From an uncultured Pseudomonadota bacterium (GTDB lineage Bacteria > Pseudomonadota > Alphaproteobacteria > Rs-D84), in the NCBI GenBank assembly GCA_902781465.1, contig CACZJK010000002.1, positions 38,783 through 102,782 on the forward strand: a DNA stretch of 64,000 bases. The letters run 5' to 3'. A model generated the notes under the pieces. The model made no database searches. It had not been told where the DNA came from and saw only the letters and a program-made list of their open reading frames with translations. Position 1 is the first letter of the stretch; every line of letters starts with the position of its first letter. The position numbers were made by a program, and so were the translations under genes. Of the stretch, positions 1 to 10,334 are shown one piece after another.

Positions 1-73
1 CCTTTTTTGCAGGGGCTGCTTTTGTTGTTTTTGCAGCAGTTGTTTTTGTTGCTGTCTTTTTTGTTTCTGTCAT
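1..73 (-). CDS. rpsI: Probable 30S ribosomal protein S9, N-terminal fragment running off the window
   Basis: ATG overlaps the rplM stop (TAATG). Reads MTETKKTATKTTAAKTTKAAPAKK. Identity inferred only from the conserved rplM-rpsI gene order. Confidence 0.65.
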   Translation of the reverse strand, partial: MTETKKTATKTTAAKTTKAAPAKK

Positions 74-546
74 TATTCGCCCCTTTTGTTTTTACGATTC
101 AATGAACCAAAATCAATAACGATTGGGTTTTGTGCAGCGTGTTTGTGTTCTGCACCTGCGTAAACATGCAATTTTGTTAAACGTTGATTTGCCAAAGCAA
201 CCGCAGTGCGACGACCCATCATGCGTTTTACAGCATTTGTGATTAATTTTTCTGGTTTTTCAGAACGCATTTGACCCAAAGTTCTTTCTTTGGTGCTGCC
301 TGTCCACAAAGAGTGCCAAAAGAATTTTGTTTTGTCGGCTTTGTGTCCTGTCAAAGCAACTTTGTCAGCGTTGATAATGATAACATGATCACCGCAATCC
401 ATATTTGGTGTCCATGTTGGTTTGTTTTTGCCGCGCAGGATGTTTTCTGTAAAAGCAGCCAAACGACCCAATGTGCAATTTGTTGCGTCAATCAGATACC
501 ATTTGGCTTCTAATTCGCATTTTTTCAATGATTTAGTTTGTGCCAT
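73..546 (-). CDS. rplM: 50S ribosomal protein L13
   Basis: WYLIDA..TLGRLA..LRGKNKPTWTPNMDCGDHVIIINADKV and LHVYAGAEHKHAAQNP motifs. Confidence 0.97.
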   Translation of the reverse strand: MAQTKSLKKCELEAKWYLIDATNCTLGRLAAFTENILRGKNKPTWTPNMDCGDHVIIINADKVALTGHKADKTKFFWHSLWTGSTKERTLGQMRSEKPEKLITNAVKRMMGRRTAVALANQRLTKLHVYAGAEHKHAAQNPIVIDFGSLNRKNKRGE

Positions 547-577
547 TGTTTTTACCTTTTAGTGTTTGTTTAAAATA

Positions 578-614
578 GCGGGCTTATTATGTATCAAACC
601 CGCATAAAAGTCAA
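578..614 (-). promoter_or_regulatory. sigma70-type promoter of rplM
   Basis: TTGACT-N17-CATAAT followed by GC-rich AAGCCCGC; near-identical to the rpsP promoter. Confidence 0.65.
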
Positions 615-641
615 GAAAAATCTGTGTGGTATTATAATACC

Positions 642-1334
642 TTAGTGTTGTCTTTTTCGTAATTCCCCGAACATAAATGTTTTATGTTGGCGGACATATT
701 CTATTCCGCCCGTGGTGTGTTGGCGGGTTTCTATAATTTTATGATTTGCCATAACGTTGGCTAATTCTTGTGCTAATATTATGGAACCGGCCTGTTTATA
801 ACAAAAGTTTGCTTTTTCGCATAATGTTTTTAACAGGCTATAAAGGTGATTTAACTCTTTTTCGCCCAGGCAATATCTGCGTTCGTTTGTAAAAACATCG
901 GTGCGAAAATGAGAAGTTTTATAATTATATGCGAATATTCTGAAATCTTCGATAATTTCTGCTATTTTTTCGCCTGGAATTTTTGGTGTTGCAACCAAAC
1001 CATAATAATCTCCTTTTGGGACGCGATTATCATAATGTTTAATAACACCTTTATAGACTTTTGCTGGTCTGTAATTGATTCCGGTTTCGTCTTGGGCATC
1101 TGTCAAAGGATCATGATATTGATAATTATCAAGTACTAAAGTGTCTTTGCAAACAATAAAGCGTCTTGAATCGTTGGAATCCATCATCTCTTCGGATATG
1201 TAATAATATGCCGAAAAGATATCATCAATCGTGATATCTTTGGGTTGTTTATCTTTGAATTCGTCGAAAAACAGTTTCGAAGGGCCAAAATTACCGCAAG
1301 GAATCTGCTTAAATAATTCAATATGCTTATTCAT
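642..1334 (-). CDS. Hypothetical protein (orphan)
   Basis: 230-aa ORF directly downstream of argS; no recognised motif. Confidence 0.7.
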   Translation of the reverse strand: MNKHIELFKQIPCGNFGPSKLFFDEFKDKQPKDITIDDIFSAYYYISEEMMDSNDSRRFIVCKDTLVLDNYQYHDPLTDAQDETGINYRPAKVYKGVIKHYDNRVPKGDYYGLVATPKIPGEKIAEIIEDFRIFAYNYKTSHFRTDVFTNERRYCLGEKELNHLYSLLKTLCEKANFCYKQAGSIILAQELANVMANHKIIETRQHTTGGIEYVRQHKTFMFGELRKRQH

Positions 1335-1338
1335 AAGA

Positions 1339-2994
1339 TTACATTTCTCTTGGAATCTTCAAGCCCATTAAATCAATCGCGGTTGATAATGTATCAAATG
1401 CTAATTTTGCGATATATAAACGCCCTGCTTTGATATCTGCTGGAACATCGTCACGCAATATTGGACAGTTGTGATAGAAATTATTTATCAACTGACACAA
1501 ATCATACGCATAGTTTGCAATCATATCTGTGGCACGATTTTCGTATGCTGATAAAACGGTTCTTTCAAAATCCATAATTTCAATCAATAAATTACGTTCT
1601 TCTGTCGTCAATACGTACCGGTCTTGTTTGGCAATATCTGAATTTGCACGTTTTAGAACAGAATTCAAACGGACTGCAGTGTACAAGATATAAGGACCTG
1701 TTTTACCTTCGAAACTGGTTATCGCAGATGGGTCGAAAATATAATCTGATTTAACATCGTGGATTAAATCGTTGAATTTAACCGCCGCCAAGGCAATTGC
1801 TTTAATTGTTCCGTCATCCAGTGTTTTATCAGAAGCAACAACGCGTTCGCGAACGGCGCTTTCGACCATATCCAAGATATCTGTTAAATTTGCAACACCG
1901 CCATCGCGTGTTTTGAAAGGTTTGCCATCGTTTCCGGTCAAAGCACCAAATCCAGTGTGGAATAAATTGGCGTGTGTGATATCTGCCATTTTCGCAACAC
2001 GGAAAACCTGATTAAAATGTAATGATTGGCGTGAATCCGTGAAATACCCTATAACATCCGGATTATCGGTTTTTGTGCGGTAATATATCGCAGACAAATC
2101 AGCCGCCGCATAAGTTTGTGTGTCTGAACTGGTTCTGAACATCAAAGGCGGCATTGGTGCGTTATCCGATTCTTGTTTAACGTTGACAATCAGGGCGCCA
2201 TCATCTTTTTCTAACAAATGTTTTTCTTCCAGTATTTTTTGAGTGTCGGAAACATATTCTGCAACCCCGCGTTCGCCCATAGTCATATCAAAAGGCATAA
2301 CATTAAGGCGAACCAAAACATCGTCCATCTGTTTTAATGATATTTTCATAAAATCATCATAAATCTTGCGGTATTCTGGGTTCCCAGCCTGTAATTCAGA
2401 AGTAATTTGACGGGCGCGTTCCATCCATGCTTCGTCTTCTTTGGCGCGCGCAGAAGATAAAGGGTAAAATGTATTTAATTCATCGGCGCTTTCTGGCATA
2501 CCGTGTTCCAGAATCCAGGCAATAACCAGACCCATTGGGCGTCCCCAATCGCCAATATGATTATAACTTTTGGTTGTGTGACCAACAAATTTGGTTATAC
2601 GATTAAAAGTGTCACCGACGATAGTTGTGCGTAAATGGCCAATATGTAATGCCTTGCCAATGTTGTATCCGGCATAGTCTAAATCAATCTTCAAAGGTTT
2701 TTCAGCAACCATTTGTTTTGGTGCAATTGTATTGTTCAAAATAAAATCGTCTTTGACTTTGATGTTGATAAAGCCTGGGCCAGCGACGGAAACGTCCGCA
2801 ACAAAATCAAGTTCTTTCAATAATGGTAAATATTCGTTTGCCAGTTCGCGTGGGTTTTTGCCGGCATTTTTAGCGCCAACCATGGCAGCATTTGTTGAAA
2901 AATCACCAAAGTCGCGATTTTTAGGCACATCCAATTTTGCTTCAAAGCCTAATTTTTTATTGATTGCTTCTGATACATATTTATACAAATTCAT
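1339..2994 (-). CDS. argS: Arginine--tRNA ligase
   Basis: GDFSTNAAM, AGPGFINI, HIGH, NHIGDWG, KPFKTRDG, GKTGPYILY motifs. Confidence 0.96.
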   Translation of the reverse strand: MNLYKYVSEAINKKLGFEAKLDVPKNRDFGDFSTNAAMVGAKNAGKNPRELANEYLPLLKELDFVADVSVAGPGFINIKVKDDFILNNTIAPKQMVAEKPLKIDLDYAGYNIGKALHIGHLRTTIVGDTFNRITKFVGHTTKSYNHIGDWGRPMGLVIAWILEHGMPESADELNTFYPLSSARAKEDEAWMERARQITSELQAGNPEYRKIYDDFMKISLKQMDDVLVRLNVMPFDMTMGERGVAEYVSDTQKILEEKHLLEKDDGALIVNVKQESDNAPMPPLMFRTSSDTQTYAAADLSAIYYRTKTDNPDVIGYFTDSRQSLHFNQVFRVAKMADITHANLFHTGFGALTGNDGKPFKTRDGGVANLTDILDMVESAVRERVVASDKTLDDGTIKAIALAAVKFNDLIHDVKSDYIFDPSAITSFEGKTGPYILYTAVRLNSVLKRANSDIAKQDRYVLTTEERNLLIEIMDFERTVLSAYENRATDMIANYAYDLCQLINNFYHNCPILRDDVPADIKAGRLYIAKLAFDTLSTAIDLMGLKIPREM

Positions 2995-3009
2995 AATAAA
3001 TCCATTTTC

Positions 3010-4290
3010 TTATAAAGGTAATACAACACGAACTTTTAATCCGCCCAAATCACTGTTTTCCAGGAATATCTGACCACCATGATTTTCAATCGCTGTTTTT
3101 GCGATTGATAAACCAAGACCTGTTCCGCCGGTTGATTCACTGCGAGATTCATCTAAACGAACAAATGGTTGCATGGCTTGTTCTTTTTTATCGTCTGGAA
3201 TTCCGATGCCGTCATCTTCGATTATAACTGTTACAGAATCACTGGAATCGATTTCTTTGATTTTCAAGGTCTTGTTAGTAAATCGTGCGGCATTTTCAAT
3301 AATGTTTGTAAATGCACTGGTTAATGAATTTGGGCGTGCATAAAATTGAACCGGTTCTTCTGGAAATTCAAGAATAATGTTCTTTTTTGGTGCGGCATCG
3401 CGCGCAATACGCGTTAGCATCGCAGGTAATTCTACGGCCTGCTCTATTTCTGGTGTTTCACCACGTGCAAACGCCAGATAGCCATTTACCATTTCGCTCA
3501 TGCGGTCGATTTCGTGCAACAAATCTTGTTTGTTGGCAGAATCTGTTTCAATGGCCAATCTCATGCGGGTCAACGGGGTTTTCAAGTCATGTCCAACCGC
3601 ATTTAACATATCTGTTCTGGTTTTGTTATAACGATTAAGGCGTTCTTTCATTGTTATCATCGCGCTGGCGGCTTCACGAATTTCCAAAGAACCGCTTGGT
3701 TGAAATCCAGGAACGTCCATTCCGCGTCCGAATTTGTTTGCTGCCTTGGCAATACGACGTATGCTGCGCGTGTGGAATATCACAAAAGGCGTCACCAATA
3801 TTGAAACAATCAATATCGCGCCAACAACCCATATCAAGAAAACTTCTGCACTGGTTGAATATATACGATACATACTGGTTGCGAAAGTCGCAACTTTATT
3901 ATCTTTTGTTGGAATATCTATGAATATAAGGCGTTTGCCGCGATCAATATAGACGGCAGTTGGCTGTTTAATTCTTGATTGTAATTCTGAAACCAATGGG
4001 CCTGCTTCCATGGATTCGTTGTCGTTATCCTTTGGTCGATTCAGTTTTTCATTTACAGAAACATTGATGCCGATATCTTTTGCCAACATTTTTACTGCAT
4101 CGGTATTATTTTGATCCATAAAGTGCATCATAGTGGCAACTTCGCCCGCCAATGTGCGCGCCAATGTTGCATGGACTTTTTTCCAATGGTTCCCAAAAAA
4201 CGAATTAGCAACAATCAACAAAGCGACAATTAACGGTACCAGTACCATTAAAATTGTGCGGCCTAAGAAACTGCGAGGTATGATTCTCAT
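3010..4290 (-). CDS. EnvZ-like sensor histidine kinase (2 TM, HAMP, HisKA, HATPase)
   Basis: GHDLKTPLTRMRL H-box, NIIENA N-box, EDDGIGI, GTGLGLSIAK. Confidence 0.93.
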   Translation of the reverse strand: MRIIPRSFLGRTILMVLVPLIVALLIVANSFFGNHWKKVHATLARTLAGEVATMMHFMDQNNTDAVKMLAKDIGINVSVNEKLNRPKDNDNESMEAGPLVSELQSRIKQPTAVYIDRGKRLIFIDIPTKDNKVATFATSMYRIYSTSAEVFLIWVVGAILIVSILVTPFVIFHTRSIRRIAKAANKFGRGMDVPGFQPSGSLEIREAASAMITMKERLNRYNKTRTDMLNAVGHDLKTPLTRMRLAIETDSANKQDLLHEIDRMSEMVNGYLAFARGETPEIEQAVELPAMLTRIARDAAPKKNIILEFPEEPVQFYARPNSLTSAFTNIIENAARFTNKTLKIKEIDSSDSVTVIIEDDGIGIPDDKKEQAMQPFVRLDESRSESTGGTGLGLSIAKTAIENHGGQIFLENSDLGGLKVRVVLPL

Positions 4291-4301
4291 TTTTGTCCTT
4301 T

Positions 4302-4940
4302 TTAGTTTTTGTTTATAATTAGTTTATAGCCCATTCCACGAACCGTTATAATATCTGTATTTGATAATACACTATTTATTTTATTGCGCAAGCGTTTTGC
4401 GACCATTGGTGTTGCAGAAACAATATTGCCCACAGGACTGGTTAAATTCTGTAATAATTTCTTCTCTTCGGTGGACAGTGCCAATAATTTGTTTTGTCCG
4501 TCCGCGCTTTTTATGAAAAATTCACCATCTGCAAAGATTAAACCAAACGCGGCATCACTGTTTTCAGTCTTTTTAGGTGCTGTTTTTATAATATTGTTCA
4601 AGCGCAATATCAATTCTTGTAATTGAAAAGGCTTTGCCATATAGTCGTTCGCGCCACCTGATAAACCGTCAATTGCATTGTCTGCCCCGGACAAAGCGGT
4701 CAGCATAATAACAGGTGTATTATTTCCACTTAATCTTAATTGTTTAAGGAAAGTTAAACCGTCCATGCCGTCCATCATACGATCCAGAACCATAGCGTCA
4801 ACATTTATACGTGAAAGAATTTCTGTTGCAGATTCTGCAGATTCTGCGGTTATAACTTTGAAATCCGCACGGCGCAAACCATTGGCCAAACTGGTTCTTA
4901 ATATTTTATCGTCGTCAATAACAAGTATATTCTTGGTCAT
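4302..4940 (-). CDS. OmpR-family response regulator with shortened winged-helix domain
   Basis: ILVIDDD, LDRMM, MLTA, DYMAKPF, TVRGMGYKL; likely start is ATG at 4940. Confidence 0.9.
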   Translation of the reverse strand: MTKNILVIDDDKILRTSLANGLRRADFKVITAESAESATEILSRINVDAMVLDRMMDGMDGLTFLKQLRLSGNNTPVIMLTALSGADNAIDGLSGGANDYMAKPFQLQELILRLNNIIKTAPKKTENSDAAFGLIFADGEFFIKSADGQNKLLALSTEEKKLLQNLTSPVGNIVSATPMVAKRLRNKINSVLSNTDIITVRGMGYKLIINKN

Positions 4941-4986
4941 CGCTTTTATAATAAAACATTTCCTTTGGCGTCGGACCAATATTGAT

Positions 4987-5913
4987 TTATTTGTCTAACG
5001 CTTCGACTGCATATTCGCCTGGTTTGATTGCGTGTCCTGGATTATCAAGTGTTTCACCGTCCTTGTAAGTAGAAGCGCGGAATTTTGCACCATTTGTTGT
5101 AAATTCCGTCTTGAATACCAGGTATCCATTTGCACCACCAGATGCAGGCCCTTGTAATCCGATTGAATAATATGCACCAATAAGTCCGTAATCTAAATCT
5201 ATGTAGTCAACACTAAGTAATAAGGATATGTTCGACATACCGTCGCTTGTTAAATTGCAAGCAAATTCGCGGTTGGTCAAGGTAGCCTGGGAATTATTAG
5301 GCACAGAAATATCCATAATTGTTGGTTCGCAATTGCGCTGAATACCATTTACCAAGAATTCGTATGTCATGGTAGTTGTTGCGCGAGAAAGGCCGGTTGA
5401 TAAATTTACTTGGGATATAGTGGCCTTTGGTATTTTTACCAATGCGTTTGCAATACCAGAACGAACTGGGAACGAAATTCCTGATTGCAAACAACTGCGC
5501 GAAAAAGGGTCTGCTTCGCATATATAAAGACGAGAGTGCGCATTTGTCATAAACATATTTGCCAAACTGTTGAACAAGAAGGTACGTGTTATACGATTAT
5601 TCAAACGTGTGCAGTTAAAATCACGACAAATAACAGTAGGTCTTTCTGTGAATTGAACACCAGGATGGGCATTATATTCTTCACTGCGTGTTTGATAGAT
5701 AACTTCGTCATAATCAACAGTGTCGTCCATATTCATAAATTCTGTTTCTGGAATAAAGTTAGGATCATCAGGATATGCATAGTAGGAACGCACAGGAACT
5801 TCTGTATATACTGTTTGATATTCTTCAAAAGTATAATCATCAAAGTATTGTTCCGCACAAACTTTATTCGTACAGATTGCCAATATTGCAGCCAAAAAAG
5901 CATATTTTTTCAT
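4987..5913 (-). CDS. Secreted hypothetical protein
   Basis: Signal peptide MKKYAFLAAILAICTNKVCA, acidic N-terminal region, several Cys. Confidence 0.75.
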   Translation of the reverse strand: MKKYAFLAAILAICTNKVCAEQYFDDYTFEEYQTVYTEVPVRSYYAYPDDPNFIPETEFMNMDDTVDYDEVIYQTRSEEYNAHPGVQFTERPTVICRDFNCTRLNNRITRTFLFNSLANMFMTNAHSRLYICEADPFSRSCLQSGISFPVRSGIANALVKIPKATISQVNLSTGLSRATTTMTYEFLVNGIQRNCEPTIMDISVPNNSQATLTNREFACNLTSDGMSNISLLLSVDYIDLDYGLIGAYYSIGLQGPASGGANGYLVFKTEFTTNGAKFRASTYKDGETLDNPGHAIKPGEYAVEALDK

Positions 5914-6054
5914 CGGGTCACCCTTTCTCTCGTATACTTATGGTAAAATGATAGAATATTTTTATGGTCTATGTCAAAGCAAAAATATTTTTATTGAAAA
6001 TAATAAACAAATTGTTCTATAAATATGATATGGTTATAAGGAAAAGGTAAAGAA

Positions 6055-6714
6055 ATGGTAGATGTAATTATCACTGGTGAATCTGGAAAGCTGCATGCTG
6101 TATATCATAAATCAGAACTGGAAGCGGCGCCGTTGGCAGTTGTGCTGTCGGGCAGTCCACGTCAAAAGTGTCATATGAATGATCGTGTTTCGTATGCAAT
6201 GTTTCGTGCGTTTATGGATATCGGCTTTTCTGTTGTTCGTTTTAACTATCGTGGCGTTAATGATTCCGAAGGTGCTATTGGAACGACTGCTGAAAATATG
6301 CTGGATATCGCAACGGTTATTGATTGGATTCAAAATAAAAACGAAGACAGTGATAAAATCTGGTTGGCTGGAAATCAGTTGGGTGCCTGGTACGTATTAC
6401 AGGCGATGATGCGCCGTCCAGAAGTTTCTGGGTTTGCGCTGGTTTCGCCAGATGCATCTGTTTCTGATTTTGGCTTTTTGTCCCCACGTCCAAACCGTGG
6501 CTTGTTATTACAGGGCGCCAATGAAGGCGATGAAGCAACTGCGTTTGGTGTTCATTTGACCCAGGTTTTGAAAAAGCAAGCCCAAATAGATTTGGAAACA
6601 ATTCGTGTTAAAAATGCAGATGCGAATTATTCCCAGGCTGCTGATTTGCGCCAAATGTATAATGATTTAAAGGCGTATGTTGGTCGTGAAAATTCTGATG
6701 ATAAGTTGTTGTAA
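6055..6714 (+). CDS. Alpha/beta-hydrolase fold protein, apparently lacking the catalytic Ser
   Basis: [27 protein letters not shown] match the conserved alphaproteobacterial family; nucleophile elbow reads AGNQLG. Confidence 0.85.
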   Translation: MVDVIITGESGKLHAVYHKSELEAAPLAVVLSGSPRQKCHMNDRVSYAMFRAFMDIGFSVVRFNYRGVNDSEGAIGTTAENMLDIATVIDWIQNKNEDSDKIWLAGNQLGAWYVLQAMMRRPEVSGFALVSPDASVSDFGFLSPRPNRGLLLQGANEGDEATAFGVHLTQVLKKQAQIDLETIRVKNADANYSQAADLRQMYNDLKAYVGRENSDDKLL

Positions 6715-6716
6715 TT

Positions 6717-7709
6717 ATGATGAATGAAAATAAAAGATTTTTAGACCCAAATATCCCAGATGAAATGGCGAATACAATTCGACCGAAGACTTTGGACGAC
6801 TTTATTGGGCACGAGGCATTAAAACAGAATTTGTCAGTCTTTATTTCTGCTGCACGTGGTCGCAGTGAAGCAATGGATCATGTTTTGCTTTATGGACCTC
6901 CGGGATTGGGTAAAACCACATTGGCGCACATTGTTGCGAATGAATTGGGAACTAATTTTCGTGCGACATCTGCGCCTATGCTTACCAAACAAGGCGATTT
7001 AGCAGCGATTTTGACGGCTTTGGAACCGATGGATGTGTTGTTTATAGATGAAATTCACCGCTTACCAACAGCTATCGAAGAAGTTCTTTATTCTGCAATG
7101 GAAGATTTTAAGTTAGATATTATGTTGGGCGAAGGACCAACGGCAAAATCTGTGCGCATTGATTTGCCTCCGTTTACATTGGTTGGGGCGACAACCCGTA
7201 CCGGGTTATTGTCGAATCCTTTGCGCGACAGATTTGGTATTGATTTAAGATTGTCTTTTTATTCAGTGGCTGATTTGGCAAAGATTATTATGCGCAGTGC
7301 GAAAATACTTGGGACTAATATTGATGCGACTGGCGCAGAAATGTTGGCGGCCTCTTCGCGTGGAACACCACGTATTGCAAACAGATTGTTAAAGCGTGCG
7401 CGTGATTTTGCGGCGGCGGCCGGTAAAGATTTTATTGATGCCGATACAATTAAAACAACACTTTATCAATTACATATTGATGAAAAGGGTTTGGATGAAA
7501 TTGATCGCGAATATATCAATGCGATAATCAGAAATTATGCAGGTGGACCGGTCGGTATTGATAATTTGTCGGCGGCACTTTCTGAACCATCAGATACAAT
7601 CGAAGATGTTATAGAACCATATCTGATGCAACTTGGTTTTATTCAACGTACGCCGCGTGGTCGTGTTGTGACAGAAGCCGGCTATAAACATTTAGGCCTT
7701 GAAAAATGA
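6717..7709 (+). CDS. ruvB: Holliday junction branch migration helicase RuvB
   Basis: [50 protein letters not shown]. Confidence 0.98.
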   Translation: MMNENKRFLDPNIPDEMANTIRPKTLDDFIGHEALKQNLSVFISAARGRSEAMDHVLLYGPPGLGKTTLAHIVANELGTNFRATSAPMLTKQGDLAAILTALEPMDVLFIDEIHRLPTAIEEVLYSAMEDFKLDIMLGEGPTAKSVRIDLPPFTLVGATTRTGLLSNPLRDRFGIDLRLSFYSVADLAKIIMRSAKILGTNIDATGAEMLAASSRGTPRIANRLLKRARDFAAAAGKDFIDADTIKTTLYQLHIDEKGLDEIDREYINAIIRNYAGGPVGIDNLSAALSEPSDTIEDVIEPYLMQLGFIQRTPRGRVVTEAGYKHLGLEK

Positions 7710-8230
7710 AATTATATCATGGAACTCAACAACGTTTTAAGCGAGGTGATATATTAGAAGCGTTTAGAGATGAATCGCATGTGATGCGTAATGTATATGC
7801 AACAAGTTATATAAATTTAGCTGTTCAATACACCATACATCCAATACATCATGATTGGGCTAAAAAAGGTGTTGTTTATTTGCCTTTTATAGACACAATG
7901 TTAGTTCAAAATTATCATACTGATAATTATGTGTATGAAGTTGACCCAACAGGTTTTTCGTTTTTATTTAAATATGATGATGATAATGGGGACGAATGGA
8001 TAAATCCTGCAAATGTTAAGATTGTGAATTCTATTGAAATAACACCGGAAGTTTTGTCAGATTCTGGTTATAATGTTAGAATTATAAAGGGTAACAAATT
8101 TACCAAGAAAATTGTTTTTCGTCTGGCAAAGACACGAATGGTGGCAAACCTTTTCTTGAAAAACAAACCGTTGTTTGAGAAATTAACGAATTTATTTACC
8201 GAAAAATATCAATCTGAAAAAGACAAATAG
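7706..8230 (+). CDS. Hypothetical protein, possible ADP-ribosyltransferase (Arr-like) fold
   Basis: [23 protein letters not shown] motif order. Confidence 0.55.
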   Translation: MKLYHGTQQRFKRGDILEAFRDESHVMRNVYATSYINLAVQYTIHPIHHDWAKKGVVYLPFIDTMLVQNYHTDNYVYEVDPTGFSFLFKYDDDNGDEWINPANVKIVNSIEITPEVLSDSGYNVRIIKGNKFTKKIVFRLAKTRMVANLFLKNKPLFEKLTNLFTEKYQSEKDK

Positions 8231-8241
8231 GGTTTATTATT

Positions 8242-8619
8242 ATGAAACGGACACATACATTTAATTTTGCTGTTGCGTATGCTGATACAGATGCCGAAGG
8301 TGTTATGTATCATGCGCGTTATATAGAAGTCGCAGAACGTGCGCGTTCTAATTGGTCGCGTGAAATGGTGATACCAAACGGAGATATTGGTTTTGTTGTT
8401 CGCGAATTAAATATAAAATATATGCGCCCTCTTTTGCTTAATGATGAATTTACAGTTGAAACCCAGGCGGTCAAGATAGGTGCTGCCTCTATGACGATTG
8501 AACAAAAGTTCGTGAAAGATGGTGAAATTTGTGCTATAATGAACATAACAATCGCGTATCTTGGTTCTGATATGCGCCCAAAGGCGATGCCGGAATCAAT
8601 CGTAAGTATGTTTGAATAA
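8242..8619 (+). CDS. ybgC: Tol-pal-associated acyl-CoA thioesterase YbgC
   Basis: DTDAEGVMYHARY..AERAR motif; position upstream of tolQ. Confidence 0.92.
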   Translation: MKRTHTFNFAVAYADTDAEGVMYHARYIEVAERARSNWSREMVIPNGDIGFVVRELNIKYMRPLLLNDEFTVETQAVKIGAASMTIEQKFVKDGEICAIMNITIAYLGSDMRPKAMPESIVSMFE

Positions 8620-8637
8620 TTTTATAAAAAGAAAGGA

Positions 8638-9138
8638 ATGGAAAAAATGGAAAACAGTTTTTCTTTGTTGTCGCTTTTCAGCGGTCGTGATTTAATGACA
8701 TTATTTGTGTCTTTGATTTTAGTCGGGGCCAGTATTTTGTCTTGGGCGGTTATTATTGAAAAAATCCGTTTATGGCATTTTCAAAAAAGAAACCCTGTCG
8801 CGGTAAAACGTGGCGATAATTTAGATACAATAGCAGATAAATTAATTCGTCCGTTTGATAAAAATTTATGGTTTTTGTCCATGGTTTCTTATGTTGCGCC
8901 TTTCATAGGTTTATTTGGAACCGTTTGGGGTGTTATGGATTCTTTTGCTTCAATTGGCGTTAATCAATCGGTCAGTATTGGTGTTATTGCCCCTGGTTTG
9001 GCGGTTGCACTTGGTACAACAGCCTTAGGATTGATTGCGGCAGTTCCTGCGGCTATTGCATATAATGTGTTTTCTAAGAAATCAGATGATTTGTATGATT
9101 CTTTCGAAGAATCTGTCAAAGAAATGAAACATAAATAA
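8638..9138 (+). CDS. tolQ: TolQ (MotA/TolQ/ExbB family), compact
   Basis: APFIGLFGTVWGVMDSF, APGLAVALGTTALGLIAAVPA. Confidence 0.92.
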   Translation: MEKMENSFSLLSLFSGRDLMTLFVSLILVGASILSWAVIIEKIRLWHFQKRNPVAVKRGDNLDTIADKLIRPFDKNLWFLSMVSYVAPFIGLFGTVWGVMDSFASIGVNQSVSIGVIAPGLAVALGTTALGLIAAVPAAIAYNVFSKKSDDLYDSFEESVKEMKHK

Positions 9139-9151
9139 TGGGGATATAAAA

Positions 9152-9556
9152 ATGTCAAGAAGACACTCTTGTACCAGCGATGCGAATATGTCCCTGACGC
9201 CAATGATTGACATTATGACAACATTGTTGGCGGTTTTTATGGTGACTACTCCAATGTTGACATCTGGTATAGATATTGAATTGCCACGTGCAGGAACTTC
9301 TGCGATGACTGGCAACGATCATGCAATTCAGATAAGTGTTGATGCGCGTGGAAATTATTATTTATTAAATCAACAATTGCCGCGTGATGAAATTGTAAAA
9401 CGTGCGGTTGCGATGCGTGGCGAAAATCCAAATTTGGCAATTACTTTAAGTGGTGATACGCATGCCGATTATGGTGCGGTTATGTCTATGATGGGTAAAT
9501 TAAAAGATGTTGGTTTTCAACGTGTAGGTTTACGAACAAAACTTGATGATAAATGA
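9152..9556 (+). CDS. tolR: TolR (ExbD/TolR family)
   Basis: LTPMIDIMTTLLAVFMVTTP, GDTHADYGAVMSMM. Confidence 0.92.
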   Translation: MSRRHSCTSDANMSLTPMIDIMTTLLAVFMVTTPMLTSGIDIELPRAGTSAMTGNDHAIQISVDARGNYYLLNQQLPRDEIVKRAVAMRGENPNLAITLSGDTHADYGAVMSMMGKLKDVGFQRVGLRTKLDDK

Positions 9557-10302
9557 TGAATAAAGATGTGCAATTTCAGAGCGAAAATTTTTTGATGTCT
9601 GTGCTTGGACATCTTGTTTTGGTTGCGTTGATAATGTTGTCTTTTTCTGTTGTTATTGAACGTGCAAAATTGGTGACGCCAAATCGTATTCAAATCACAG
9701 AAATAGATTTGAAAAATGTTAAAATAAGTGGTGACGAAACTAAACTTTATAACACCAATCAGATCAAGCCAGACGACAATGTAAAAACAGATAAAAAAAC
9801 CGAAGAAAAGAAAAATACAGAAATTGAAAAAATTGACTTGAAACAACCAACTATGGTTGACAATGAAAGCAAAGATTTAAAAAAAGAAAAAACAAAGAAA
9901 AAAGACGAAAAAAAGGTAGAAGATAAACCTGCTCCACGTAAAAAAACAGTTGTGCGGGTTAATCGTGAAGTGTTGTCAATTGACAGAACTATGACAGTAT
10001 CGGTTGCGGATGCTTTGCGTGTTGCTTTGACGCGTTGTTGGAATATTGATACGACGCATCCTGGTATTGAAGATATGCGTCTTACTGCGCATATAAAATT
10101 CTTGCCAACAGGTGTTGTTGACCGCCTTTGGTTTGAATCAGAATCGCGCGCACAAACAGATGCTGATTTTGCCTATGTGCTTGATACGGCCAAGGCGGCG
10201 ATAAAAACCTGTTCTCCGTTTTCGATGTTGCCACGTAATGAATATTCTAAATGGCGTGATACTTCTGTCACTTTTTATCCAAGCAAAGGAAAAGTTATGT
10301 AA
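9553..10302 (+). CDS. tolA: TolA-like protein
   Basis: N-terminal TM with SxxxH motif (SVLGH), Lys/Glu-rich linker, C-terminal RCWN..AIKTCSPF domain; follows tolR. Confidence 0.8.
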   Translation: MMNKDVQFQSENFLMSVLGHLVLVALIMLSFSVVIERAKLVTPNRIQITEIDLKNVKISGDETKLYNTNQIKPDDNVKTDKKTEEKKNTEIEKIDLKQPTMVDNESKDLKKEKTKKKDEKKVEDKPAPRKKTVVRVNREVLSIDRTMTVSVADALRVALTRCWNIDTTHPGIEDMRLTAHIKFLPTGVVDRLWFESESRAQTDADFAYVLDTAKAAIKTCSPFSMLPRNEYSKWRDTSVTFYPSKGKVM

Positions 10303-10305
10303 AAT

Positions 10306-10332
10306 AAAAAAATCGCGAAAAGCGATTTTTTT
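10306..10332. terminator. Bidirectional intrinsic terminator between tolA and rnpB
   Basis: AAAAAAATCGC-GAAAA-GCGATTTTTTT. Confidence 0.7.
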
Positions 10333-10334
10333 AT

